In this document: positions 37,725 through 47,114 of the stretch, one piece after another
How the letters are laid out: each line of letters starts with the position of its first letter
Position numbering within the stretch: the stretch's first letter is position 1
NCBI GenBank assembly: GCA_965248435.1
Contig: OZ252100.1
Coordinates: forward strand, 1,856,001 to 1,920,000
DNA: 64,000 bases
Direction: 5' to 3'
Origin: Candidatus Latescibacterota bacterium
Lineage (GTDB): Bacteria; Latescibacterota; UBA2968; GCA-2709665
Translations under genes and position numbers: made by a program
Notes under the pieces: generated by a model
What the model was told of the DNA's origin: nothing
Seen by the model: the letters and a program-made list of their open reading frames with translations, nothing else
Database searches by the model: none

Positions 37725-40700
37725 CTACCGGTAGACGATCAACCGCTCCTTGACGCGTACTGCATCCGAGCCCTCCTCCGCCATAACGGTGTAGAGGTAG
37801 ACTCCGTTCGCGAGCCTGTTTCCTTCCCCGTCCCTGCCGTTCCAGTGGACCTGATTGAAGCCGACCGCACCCCTAAGGTTATCCAGAACGCGGATCAGCC
37901 TTCCGGAAACCGTATAGATTCGGATCGTTACCTCGGAATCTCTGGACAGCAGATAAGTAAATTCCGTATCCTCGACCACCGGGTTGGGCACGTTCAGTAC
38001 GCGTTCGATTCGGAGTTCGGAGGAAACCCGAAAGAGGAGCGTTTTGCTCACTGGACCGTTCCCCAATCTGTCCGTTGCCGAGACCTCCAGCCTATATCGG
38101 TCATCTTCCAAACTTGGACTATAAACGAAACGAAGCGAAGACCTCTGCTCAACCAGGTCGCGCACCGCGACCGAAGAAAGTCCATCCGATACCTCTACGG
38201 TTTCTCCTCCCTTCAGGATGATCTCCACCGTTTCGGCGTCGATTCCGCTCGAATCTGTTATTGAAATCTGGAACCGGGGCTGCTGCGGGAGGAAATCTTC
38301 CGGTCGCACCTCTCCTCGTGCATCCAGGGCACTGATCTCAACCTCCGGGGCCTCCTGATCCCCGCTCGGAAGGACTTCGACTTCCTCCGTCGCACGAACG
38401 TCTTGTGCGTAGAAACTGGGCCTACCCAGTAGATCCTCGACCCGGGCGTGCACGATCTGTCGCCCGCCAAAGGTCGCCGTCTGCCAGATCACCGAAACAC
38501 GTTTCGACTCGCCGAGAGGGGTCTCCTCAGGCACCGCCACGCGGCCGATCAGTCGACCCTGGTCAGGAGGCCCACTGTAGAATGCCACGGCCCCCCCCAC
38601 GACCCGGTTCAAGGGACCTCTGTTCAGAACCTCTATGCTTAGCGTGATCGGACGGAGCTCCTCCACGGACTGAGGCACTATGTTGAGGTCGGAGAGATGT
38701 AGATTGGGAAGCGGTTGGAATCTTACGGACCACTCTGTCAACCCCGGCGAAGGTCCGATCCCCTCCGCAGACACCTCCAGCTGAAGACGAATGCGGCGGA
38801 AGGAAGGGTCCAGCCCTCCCAAGTCGATCGCGGAACCTGGCTGTATACCGGACCAACCCGGGATCGAAACGAACCGGCCGGCGGTGTCTTCACCCAGAAT
38901 GTCTACCTCGGCCAGGGCCCCGGTCGACGATGCCCCTTGGATGGAAAAGCTGAGGCTCCCCCACGACCCTGCCGGGCCGATCGGGTCTGACGTGAGCTTG
39001 CCGACATCAGGAGGCATCAGCCCCCCGTAGCGATAAATCGTCGGGCCGTTCAACTGTCCCAGCCAGACCTGGTTGTTTACCCAATCATACTGACCCCCGA
39101 GGATATCCGTCTCGGCCTGATCGCTATCGTACTCGGTCACAAACGCGCCATTCATCGCGTCCACGACCCTCACACGATGCGTCAATCCGGTTCCGAACTC
39201 GATCAGATAGAGAAATCGTCCATCGGCCAGGATTCCATCCGTGAAAAGGTAGGTAAATCCGGTGGATGTGGGCGCGACGACAAATTCCCTGACCAGGCGC
39301 CACGCTTCATCCGGATCGAACACCCGCACTTTCCATCCTGCCCGGGGAATCCCGTCCACGCCCCAAGAGACGTTAAACACAAGATTGCCATCCGACGTAA
39401 TGAGTGAATGTCCTCGAAATACAAGGCCGTTATCCTCTTTGAGCAATCCGTCGGGCACTTGCACTCTGTCCATCGCCCCCGTTTCCGGCGATATTCGGAC
39501 CAGTTCATCGCTTTCACCATCATCGGCGTATATAAACCCGTCACTGTGGTACGTCGCAGAAATACCCACAACAGGTTCCTCTGAAAGCCTGCCGTAGTTC
39601 TGGCCGGCGACCGTGCCCCCGAACCCCGTTCCGATTCGCTCGAATATGTCACTTCCCGGGTAGAGGGCTTGGGAGGCATTAAACCGTTTCAAGTAGAGGA
39701 ACCTCCCGTCCGTACAGAGTACGGCGGTGCTGCTAACACCGTCCCCAGGGAAAAAAACCTCCCGACTCTGCGCTTCTACGCGCATTGGCGGGGGCTGCAG
39801 GACACGGCCCACCGATCCATCTGAATAAAGCTCCACATCCTCCGGTAATCCCAAAACGAGCGCCTCAGGCCCTCGTTGTCGCCATACAAGCTCCCTCTGC
39901 AGGGGATCCCCCGCCATCACCGAGAAAGCCTGGGGGTCTGTCCACGCCCCCCGGTCTTGTCCGTCCGTCAACCGCGCCCGCCAGTAGTAGACGCCCTCAT
40001 GAAGTCCGACGGGCCGCCAGATCACCAGCGCACCTTCACCCTCTGACGCGACGAGCCCGGAACGGACCACGCCCGCATCATCGAACGTCGCTGTTGGGCT
40101 CACCTCGAACTCTCCAAGGACGTCACCTGATCCTGCTTCACCCTCCAGGCTTACAACAAGCTGGACGTTGGAGGCCGGAACTGTCTGATTCTCCAGAGGC
40201 GTGGAAGGCGTCCCCACGAGTCCGCCCAGGACCTCCAGATCGACTTCCAGACGGTTGTTCGTCTCGTCCAGCTCCTCGATTCGATCGCCCGGGTCCAGCT
40301 GCACCTCCAGCCGATGCGCGCCTGCCAGACCTCTGAGCCTCCAGATCGTTGTTACGCTGTCTTTCTGGCCGAACGGGGGGAGGGTTGCAGCGAACAAGGT
40401 GTCCGATTCCCCCCGTCCGAGATGTCGGTCCAGTATAAGCAGGTCCAGCCCCTCCTGCGAAGGGATGCCCCAATTTTCGATCCGCAGAGTAACGCGTGTT
40501 GAATCCCCGTCGATCAGCTCCTCTTCCCGCTCCACATTCACGGCCAGATCTGGAAACGTGTAGTCCGCCTTTGAGAGGAGGGCCAGACCCTGAGCAGGGT
40601 CCCCCATCAACTGCATTCCCTGTGCGGAGCTGACGAGCCCAGGAAAAGCAGTGAGCATATCGATCTTTGCGAGGGCCAGGCTCTGTCCGAACTGCGGGAT

Positions 40701-43508
40701 GTCCTCCTGAAAGATGTGTCTAAACATGGCCTGATTGAAAAATCGATTCGTGAAGAGAAAGGCGAGGGTCGAGGCCGACACGTAGGCGATCGCCCCTCCG
40801 TCTGCTTTGTTTACCATCTCCTCTGACAGGGATACGCGCCGCGGGTTTGCAAAGAGGCCATTCAGGCACGACATGGCGACGACCAGAGGCAGGCGCTCCT
40901 CGTTTCTGATCTGAATCATATAACTGTAGTTTCCCTGCTGGAAGGTACCTCTCAAGAAGAAAGCCATGATGGCGAAGCTTCCGTGTCCTGCGAAATTCAC
41001 GACCAGCCGCCCCTCGTTGAATTGCTCTATGACCCTCCTGGTGTCTTCATTTGGTTCAGGCGTTTCGTCTTTGTTATAGACCTTGAACGTCTCCAGGCCG
41101 AACGGCTCGGTAAAGTTTCTGGCCAGGGAGTCACTGGGACCGGTCGAAAAAATATCAGAGTTCGCCATGTAGAGAACGCGATCCCGCCACCGGGCCGCTA
41201 AGGTCTCGTCATACGCAGTCACCTTCCTCACGACGGTCTCCATATCGCGCTCATTGGATATCGAGAACCGGCCTACAAAGACATCCTGAAACTGATCTTC
41301 ACCGGCAACGGCGCCGTAGAAATGATCCGTGTATGCCACACCCCGTGTGGCGGTCTGGAACGGCAGCGCCGGTACATAATTTACGCGTCCAGATTCCGAC
41401 TCTCCAAACAGGTCCCGAAAATCGTAACTCGCTCTGCCAAGCAGGACCAGATAGACCGGACGCCTCGCCCAGGTATCGAACGCGTGTGCCACAAACAGGA
41501 GAATCGCTTCGGGGTCTATCTGTCCAAATGAGAACTCATCATAGATGTCCTCAACGTCCACGACCATCACCTCGAGTCCGTCCGTCTGTCGGTGGGCCGC
41601 CAGGGCCTCCGCACCCTCCTGGAAAAGGCTGTGAGTGACGACCACATAATCTGCACCTGACCCTTCTCCAAGAAGGTCTGAGGGGACGTCGAATCGAGCA
41701 GGATCCGGACGAAGGATGGCCGCCGAGTCTGCTGCGATGAACCGCCCACTCCTCTCACTGAGGTCGAAACGCACACGAAATCCCACACCATCCGGCTCCA
41801 CCTCTACCCCCTCCAGGACCCTGCCTCTATCCAGATCGTAAACAGACACCGAAGGTGCCCGAAAGCCTTCGATTGACAGCCCGATACCGGTCGATTCCTG
41901 CCCCAGGCTGAAAAGGAGCAAACCCCCGTCCGCCTGGAACTTTCTGGGATAGGAGATTTGGATCCAGTTCAGGAGCACATGATCCACATAGGTGTCAGGG
42001 AAGTCCGGGCTGCCCGGACCGGACAAGGTCACAAGGGTAGTCTCGGACAAGGCGATGGCCGGAATCTCTCCCGTTGCGATGAATTCCGTCTGGCCGTCCC
42101 AACGATCATCGGCGAGAACCAGACCTTCATTCACGTCGACAACGGTCCGGTGGTCAAAATCGAGCCCCTTTATCGACGTCAATCCGTGCATGCCCACCCG
42201 GACCTGACCGACAGCCCCCGCCTCCGAATTTAGCCCAGGAAGGAAAACAGGGACCGTCGTCGGAAACGCCTCAACATTTAACCCGGTAGAAGCCGACGCG
42301 GTCCGTCGCCAGTACCAGTGGTCTCGTTCCGCATCCGCGGCCAGCCCCAGAGGTTCGTAGATCGAATCGACCTCAGCGTGCTGGAGGGAGATAAACCAGG
42401 GCGATACTGTGAAACCATTTGCCGGGCTCGCGTCCATCGATTCCATTCGCCTTCCGGGCGCGCCGTCAAAGGTCAGCCAGTAAACATTTTCCCTTCCAAA
42501 ATCACTCTCGAAGTCCCGGTCGACCCTCCGTCTGAATTCTCCGTAAAAGAAAATTCCATCTCCCTCGTCCAGACCTCCGTCCTCGCCGCCCCTGACTTCC
42601 AGCGGGATCTCCTCACCGTTCAAATAGATCCGGAGCGTAGTCAGGTCGACAGCGGCAAGATCGATCTCCGAATCGGAGAACCAGTCGGCGTCCAGTCGAT
42701 AGATTCCGTCCTGTGTCACACTCAGCTTGTAATAGGCGGCCGCCGGGTCATACCAGCCGGTCTGTAGCTTGCGAAGCCCGACGGCCGAATCTGTTCGACT
42801 TCGCCAGTCCCTGGCCTCATTCGCATTCAGCAGTGCCTTCCGATAAATCGATTCGAAGGCGTCTTCGGCAACCCGAGCTCCAGGCCTGGATACCCCGAAT
42901 CTCCGCTCGGCCGAAAATCCGACCCGCACTCGAAGACGCTTCGCAACCCTCAGGATCCTACGCACAGGGTTGTAGTGCAGCGGTCGAAGGGATACCGCCG
43001 CCACACGCTGATCGCGGATGACGCCGGTCAAACCCATCTCCGCATCATCACCGGGATAGAATCGATCTTCGGCATAGAAGCGATCATCGGGCGCGTAGCG
43101 TTCCTGTATGCGCTGAAAATCCTCTCGTCCGACGAGCTGTGTTTCTGGTACCGGCATCAGGTTTACGTCAGGGACCTCCTCGTATTCCACATCAAGCACC
43201 TCCAGGGACAACTCGGTCCCGAAGGGCACACCGATCAGGACACCCCTAGCAGGGACAGCAGGACGCCCCGGCTCCGCCAACCAGACCGCCCCGGGCAGGT
43301 CGATCCGGTCAAATTCCTCTCCATCCACAACAAGGCGACTCGTCTGGTAGCCGGACCCACTGATCTCTATCACGACACCCCTCGCGTCGGAGGATAGGAC
43401 AACCGGCTCGCCACTTCCTGGACGAGCAACTGCCGCACGTGAAGATACGCCCAAGAAGAAAACAGCGAGTGATACGACCACCGGCGTGGTGCTGGAAGAG
43501 AATGTCAT
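37725..43508 (-). CDS. C25 (gingipain/PorU-like) cysteine peptidase with CARDB-like and FlgD-Ig/T9SS-like C-terminal domains
   Basis: Signal peptide and propeptide; DIYDEFSFG; FAGHGS and MSCLNG catalytic motifs; LMGDP; 'IRIYTVSGRLIR...WNGRD...ANGVYLY'. Confidence 0.85.
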   Translation of the reverse strand: MTFSSSTTPVVVSLAVFFLGVSSRAAVARPGSGEPVVLSSDARGVVIEISGSGYQTSRLVVDGEEFDRIDLPGAVWLAEPGRPAVPARGVLIGVPFGTELSLEVLDVEYEEVPDVNLMPVPETQLVGREDFQRIQERYAPDDRFYAEDRFYPGDDAEMGLTGVIRDQRVAAVSLRPLHYNPVRRILRVAKRLRVRVGFSAERRFGVSRPGARVAEDAFESIYRKALLNANEARDWRSRTDSAVGLRKLQTGWYDPAAAYYKLSVTQDGIYRLDADWFSDSEIDLAAVDLTTLRIYLNGEEIPLEVRGGEDGGLDEGDGIFFYGEFRRRVDRDFESDFGRENVYWLTFDGAPGRRMESMDASPANGFTVSPWFISLQHAEVDSIYEPLGLAADAERDHWYWRRTASASTGLNVEAFPTTVPVFLPGLNSEAGAVGQVRVGMHGLTSIKGLDFDHRTVVDVNEGLVLADDRWDGQTEFIATGEIPAIALSETTLVTLSGPGSPDFPDTYVDHVLLNWIQISYPRKFQADGGLLLFSLGQESTGIGLSIEGFRAPSVSVYDLDRGRVLEGVEVEPDGVGFRVRFDLSERSGRFIAADSAAILRPDPARFDVPSDLLGEGSGADYVVVTHSLFQEGAEALAAHRQTDGLEVMVVDVEDIYDEFSFGQIDPEAILLFVAHAFDTWARRPVYLVLLGRASYDFRDLFGESESGRVNYVPALPFQTATRGVAYTDHFYGAVAGEDQFQDVFVGRFSISNERDMETVVRKVTAYDETLAARWRDRVLYMANSDIFSTGPSDSLARNFTEPFGLETFKVYNKDETPEPNEDTRRVIEQFNEGRLVVNFAGHGSFAIMAFFLRGTFQQGNYSYMIQIRNEERLPLVVAMSCLNGLFANPRRVSLSEEMVNKADGGAIAYVSASTLAFLFTNRFFNQAMFRHIFQEDIPQFGQSLALAKIDMLTAFPGLVSSAQGMQLMGDPAQGLALLSKADYTFPDLAVNVEREEELIDGDSTRVTLRIENWGIPSQEGLDLLILDRHLGRGESDTLFAATLPPFGQKDSVTTIWRLRGLAGAHRLEVQLDPGDRIEELDETNNRLEVDLEVLGGLVGTPSTPLENQTVPASNVQLVVSLEGEAGSGDVLGEFEVSPTATFDDAGVVRSGLVASEGEGALVIWRPVGLHEGVYYWRARLTDGQDRGAWTDPQAFSVMAGDPLQRELVWRQRGPEALVLGLPEDVELYSDGSVGRVLQPPPMRVEAQSREVFFPGDGVSSTAVLCTDGRFLYLKRFNASQALYPGSDIFERIGTGFGGTVAGQNYGRLSEEPVVGISATYHSDGFIYADDGESDELVRISPETGAMDRVQVPDGLLKEDNGLVFRGHSLITSDGNLVFNVSWGVDGIPRAGWKVRVFDPDEAWRLVREFVVAPTSTGFTYLFTDGILADGRFLYLIEFGTGLTHRVRVVDAMNGAFVTEYDSDQAETDILGGQYDWVNNQVWLGQLNGPTIYRYGGLMPPDVGKLTSDPIGPAGSWGSLSFSIQGASSTGALAEVDILGEDTAGRFVSIPGWSGIQPGSAIDLGGLDPSFRRIRLQLEVSAEGIGPSPGLTEWSVRFQPLPNLHLSDLNIVPQSVEELRPITLSIEVLNRGPLNRVVGGAVAFYSGPPDQGRLIGRVAVPEETPLGESKRVSVIWQTATFGGRQIVHARVEDLLGRPSFYAQDVRATEEVEVLPSGDQEAPEVEISALDARGEVRPEDFLPQQPRFQISITDSSGIDAETVEIILKGGETVEVSDGLSSVAVRDLVEQRSSLRFVYSPSLEDDRYRLEVSATDRLGNGPVSKTLLFRVSSELRIERVLNVPNPVVEDTEFTYLLSRDSEVTIRIYTVSGRLIRVLDNLRGAVGFNQVHWNGRDGEGNRLANGVYLYTVMAEEGSDAVRVKERLIVYR

Positions 43509-43669
43509 TCTTGACCTGATCGGCCTTAAGGTGTGGGCGAAGGACCTCCTTCTCTCAAGAAGGAGACCTCGGATTCACGAGGGTCTGGAGCGAGGAGAAA
43601 AGAAAAGAGACAAACAAAAAACTGGCGAACAGCCATCCATCGACAGCGCGCCAGTCAGATTTCATCAAA

Positions 43670-43723
43670 CAGTCGCAGTTAGAACGAAGTTTCGGGCAGT
43701 CGCAGTTAGAACGAAGTTTCGGG
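43670..43723. repeat. Perfect 27-bp tandem duplication
   Basis: CAGTCGCAGTTAGAACGAAGTTTCGGG x2 (43670-43696, 43697-43723). Confidence 0.95.
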
Positions 43724-43727
43724 ACTT

Positions 43728-44711
43728 TCAATTTACATTCTGTAAGGAATGCGCAATAATTCGCCTTAAGGTGGTATCAAGACTAACCTTCGGATCGTAA
43801 CCGACGGCGGATCGTATCTTTTCCAGATTCGGCACCCGGTAGTTGAGATCTTCATACCATCCTTTGGCGAAGGCTTTTTCATAGGGTACATAATCGATCA
43901 CGGAATCGCTTTCCGTAAGACCTTTGACTTTTTCCGCCAAATCCTTCACGCTGATCTCGTTTCCCTCGTTGTCCGACCCCAGATTGAAAATTTCCCCTGG
44001 TGAATCGGGGTGAGTGGCCAGGGAGATAAGCCCGTCTAACGCATCGTCGATGTCAGTAAAGCATCGCCGTTGCTCCCCATCGCCGTGTACGGAAATTGGA
44101 TGCCCCAAGAGCGACTGCTTGACGAACCGAGGCACCACGCTCCCGAAATGTCCTGTTTGCCTGGGCCCGATCACGTTGAAGAATCGCACGATCACGACCG
44201 GGAGTTTCTTCTCGCGCCAGTAAGCAAGTGCAAAATACTCGTCTACCGCCTTTGAAGTGGAATAACTCCAGCGAATGATCGTCGTTGGCCCCAGAACCCT
44301 GTCATCATCTTCCTTGAAGGGAACTCTCCCGTTCTTCTTCCCGTAAATCTCCGAAGTCGAGGCCAAAATCACCCTCGTCTTCCTCTGGTTCGCGAGCTCG
44401 AGCAAAACTTCGGTTCCTCGAATGTTGTTGATCAACGAATGCAACGGATTTTCGATGATATATTCAACGCCAACGGCAGCCGCCAGATGGTAGATAAGAT
44501 CGCATTTGTCCACGAACGGTTCCACCGTCTCACGGTCGAGCACAGTCCCGATCTTTAGATGAAAGCGCGAGTTGTCTTCCAGGTGCCTTATGTTATCGAG
44601 GCTGCCCGTCGAGAGATCGTCAATCGCGTAGATTTCATCACCATTCGCGAGGAGACGCTCGGACAGGTGCGACCCGATAAACCCTGCACCTCCGGTGATC
44701 AAAACGTTCAT
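43728..44711 (-). CDS. NAD-dependent nucleotide-sugar epimerase/dehydratase
   Basis: TGGAGFIG, STSEIYG, YSTSK, RFFNVIGP. Confidence 0.92.
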   Translation of the reverse strand: MNVLITGGAGFIGSHLSERLLANGDEIYAIDDLSTGSLDNIRHLEDNSRFHLKIGTVLDRETVEPFVDKCDLIYHLAAAVGVEYIIENPLHSLINNIRGTEVLLELANQRKTRVILASTSEIYGKKNGRVPFKEDDDRVLGPTTIIRWSYSTSKAVDEYFALAYWREKKLPVVIVRFFNVIGPRQTGHFGSVVPRFVKQSLLGHPISVHGDGEQRRCFTDIDDALDGLISLATHPDSPGEIFNLGSDNEGNEISVKDLAEKVKGLTESDSVIDYVPYEKAFAKGWYEDLNYRVPNLEKIRSAVGYDPKVSLDTTLRRIIAHSLQNVN

Positions 44712-44738
44712 TCTTCCTTTCCCCTCCCTACAAACAGT

Positions 44739-45941
44739 CTAGATAGGTGCTCCGGCCTGTCTGCCTAGCTTGGAATGAAGGAGCTCCCGATACAAGTGAT
44801 CCAGATCGGTGACAAGACGGTTGGCTCCATAATGCTGACCGACCCGTCTGCGAACGGCATCGGGAATACGCCTTTCTTCTTTCAGGGAATCGACAATCGC
44901 CGAGGCCAAGACAACGGCGTCTCCAGGCACCACGATGAGTCCCGTTTCATCAGAATCCACCAGGTCTGTGGCCCCGCCTACGCGGCTTGACACAACATAA
45001 CAGCCCGAGGCAATGCCCTCAATCAGCGCGACAGGAAGCCCTTCGTTAAAAGAGGAAAGCACCAGCAGATCCAGCGCATCATAGATCCGCGGTGTATCCC
45101 GTCGAAATCCAGTAAAGACAACGATCTCTTCAATTCCCAACCGCCGCGCCAGTGTCTCGAGATCTGCCCGGAGCTCTCCATCCCCCACGACCACAAAGCG
45201 GACATCCTCCAGCTCGGTAGACACCCGCTTTGCCGCTTCCAGAAAGACTTCAATACCCTTGATCGGCACGAGGCGCCCGACTAAGCCGACCATTTTGCAC
45301 GATGCGTCGAACCCCAGTTCACCTCGCAGCCCACTGCCCGATCCGGTGCCGGACAGAAAGGGTTCGAGATATAGTCCTAGCGGAACGGCGTGCAGCCGAG
45401 TATGCGGTGCGATGCGATAGGCTAGCAGTTCTCTCCGCTGCTGTCCCGTGACGGTCACGACGGCGTCTGTCAAGTGCGCCAGCAGTCTCTCGACCGTGCG
45501 GATAAGCGCGCTCTTCCAGCTCGAAAAATATCGTTGAAACACGTTCCCGTGGAACGTATGCACCATCACTGGCGCGCCAGCAAGCACAGCCGCCAGTCTG
45601 CCGAGCACACCGGCTTTGGACTTATGAGTATGTACCAGGTGAGGCCGCACCTTACGAATCAGCCGATAGAGACCGACGAATGCCTTAAGATCCGCCAGGG
45701 GAGAGACCGCGCGTCCAAGTCCCGAGATCTCTTCGGCGCAGACGCCAGTCTTGGCGATCACATCCGCCATCTCCGCCTCCCCCGCCGATATGCTCCCCTT
45801 TGCCAGGACCGTCCGGTAACCCCGCTCAGACATCTCCTTGGTCAGAAGCAGTACGTGTTGGGCAGGCCCCCCGATGTTGAGCCGGTCGATCACGCGGACC
45901 ACACGAAGCGGCCCCGATTTACACTTTGGCAACGGATTCAA
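44739..45941 (-). CDS. Glycosyltransferase family 4
   Basis: HTHKSKAG, GRLVPIKG, EGLPVALIEG. Confidence 0.9.
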   Translation of the reverse strand: MNPLPKCKSGPLRVVRVIDRLNIGGPAQHVLLLTKEMSERGYRTVLAKGSISAGEAEMADVIAKTGVCAEEISGLGRAVSPLADLKAFVGLYRLIRKVRPHLVHTHKSKAGVLGRLAAVLAGAPVMVHTFHGNVFQRYFSSWKSALIRTVERLLAHLTDAVVTVTGQQRRELLAYRIAPHTRLHAVPLGLYLEPFLSGTGSGSGLRGELGFDASCKMVGLVGRLVPIKGIEVFLEAAKRVSTELEDVRFVVVGDGELRADLETLARRLGIEEIVVFTGFRRDTPRIYDALDLLVLSSFNEGLPVALIEGIASGCYVVSSRVGGATDLVDSDETGLIVVPGDAVVLASAIVDSLKEERRIPDAVRRRVGQHYGANRLVTDLDHLYRELLHSKLGRQAGAPI

Positions 45942-46998
45942 GGATATGAAAGAACCGCGAGCGACTGGTCTTCAGAGAGTATTCCGCCTCCGTCTTCATA
46001 CGACCCGCATCCCCCATCCGCCTGCGCAGCGCAGAATCGTGGATCAGCCGCTCCAAGTGCTCCACCCACTCCGACGCTGTCGACGCAAGAAACCCGTTTA
46101 CACCCGGCTCTACAATCTCCCGATTGATTCCGACCGGACTCGCCACCACCGGGATGCCCAGGGCTTGGTACTGCAGTATCTTGTAGCCGCCCTTTCCGCG
46201 CGTCCAGGGGTCGTCCGGAAGAGGCATAAGGCCGACATCGAATTTGCTGAGGTCGACACCCTCGGTTTCGAGCGACCAATCGCGCCTGATCACCCGCAGC
46301 TCTTCGACCTCAAAAGCGTTCGCCCCGATGAGAAAAAGCCGGAGCTGCTTGTACCGGCGCCCCAATTCGACGAGAGGGCCCCGGATCAGTTCCAGATACG
46401 GTTCAGTGCTGCGACTCCCGATCCATCCCAATACTACCTCAGAACCGACATCCCGACGCGAGGGAAGATAGCGATCCGTGTCGATCGGGCCTGTGATGAC
46501 CGACACATGCTCGCAGAACTGCTTCGCATAACGCCCGGTGTATCCGTTCTCCACGATCGTGTGCTCGGCCGACCGAAGCATCTGAGACAACCCAAAGTCG
46601 CCTTGGTGGCGCCTGATCCGATCCAACCAGTTTTGTGCAGGAGCTTCGGTCGTAAAGATCGCGTCGTCAAAATCGAAGACGATCTTACCCCTGTGGCGAC
46701 GCAACAGCCACGCCAAGGGAAAAGGGAAGATAACCTTTTGAATAAAAATAACTTGATAATGTTTTGCCGCCGACAGGCATCTTAACCCGACCCGGAGGGC
46801 CCGCCAGAAACAGCATAAGAAATATGCGACGCGGACCCTCGTCACCCTGGAATGACCAAGGATCAAGAGCGCCTCGGGGACAACGACCTCCAGATCACAC
46901 ACAACCCCACGGGTCTCCAGGAACGGCAGAAACTGGAAAACCCGCGTGCGGCTGCTCGGCGCAGAAGGTCCGTAATGGGTGACGAACAGCACCCTCAC
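45919..46998 (-). CDS. Glycosyltransferase family 4
   Basis: FDFDDAI, GWIGS, GKGGYKILQYQALGIPVVAS. Confidence 0.88.
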   Translation of the reverse strand: MRVLFVTHYGPSAPSSRTRVFQFLPFLETRGVVCDLEVVVPEALLILGHSRVTRVRVAYFLCCFWRALRVGLRCLSAAKHYQVIFIQKVIFPFPLAWLLRRHRGKIVFDFDDAIFTTEAPAQNWLDRIRRHQGDFGLSQMLRSAEHTIVENGYTGRYAKQFCEHVSVITGPIDTDRYLPSRRDVGSEVVLGWIGSRSTEPYLELIRGPLVELGRRYKQLRLFLIGANAFEVEELRVIRRDWSLETEGVDLSKFDVGLMPLPDDPWTRGKGGYKILQYQALGIPVVASPVGINREIVEPGVNGFLASTASEWVEHLERLIHDSALRRRMGDAGRMKTEAEYSLKTSRSRFFHILESVAKV

Positions 46999-47114
46999 TT
47001 CAATTCAAACCCCGTGAATATAATGAGTGACTCCTGGGAAATCAACAACAAACCCCAAGACTGTGTTAAGGTTAGGGTTACTCCACATCTTGTGTACCGG
47101 CGAAAATGATCCCG

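Noticed and set aside
43670-43723. CRISPR array
   Set aside because: Two adjacent copies with no spacer and no cas genes.
45838-46785. 315-aa plus-strand ORF
   Set aside because: Antisense to a clear GT4 gene; no motifs.
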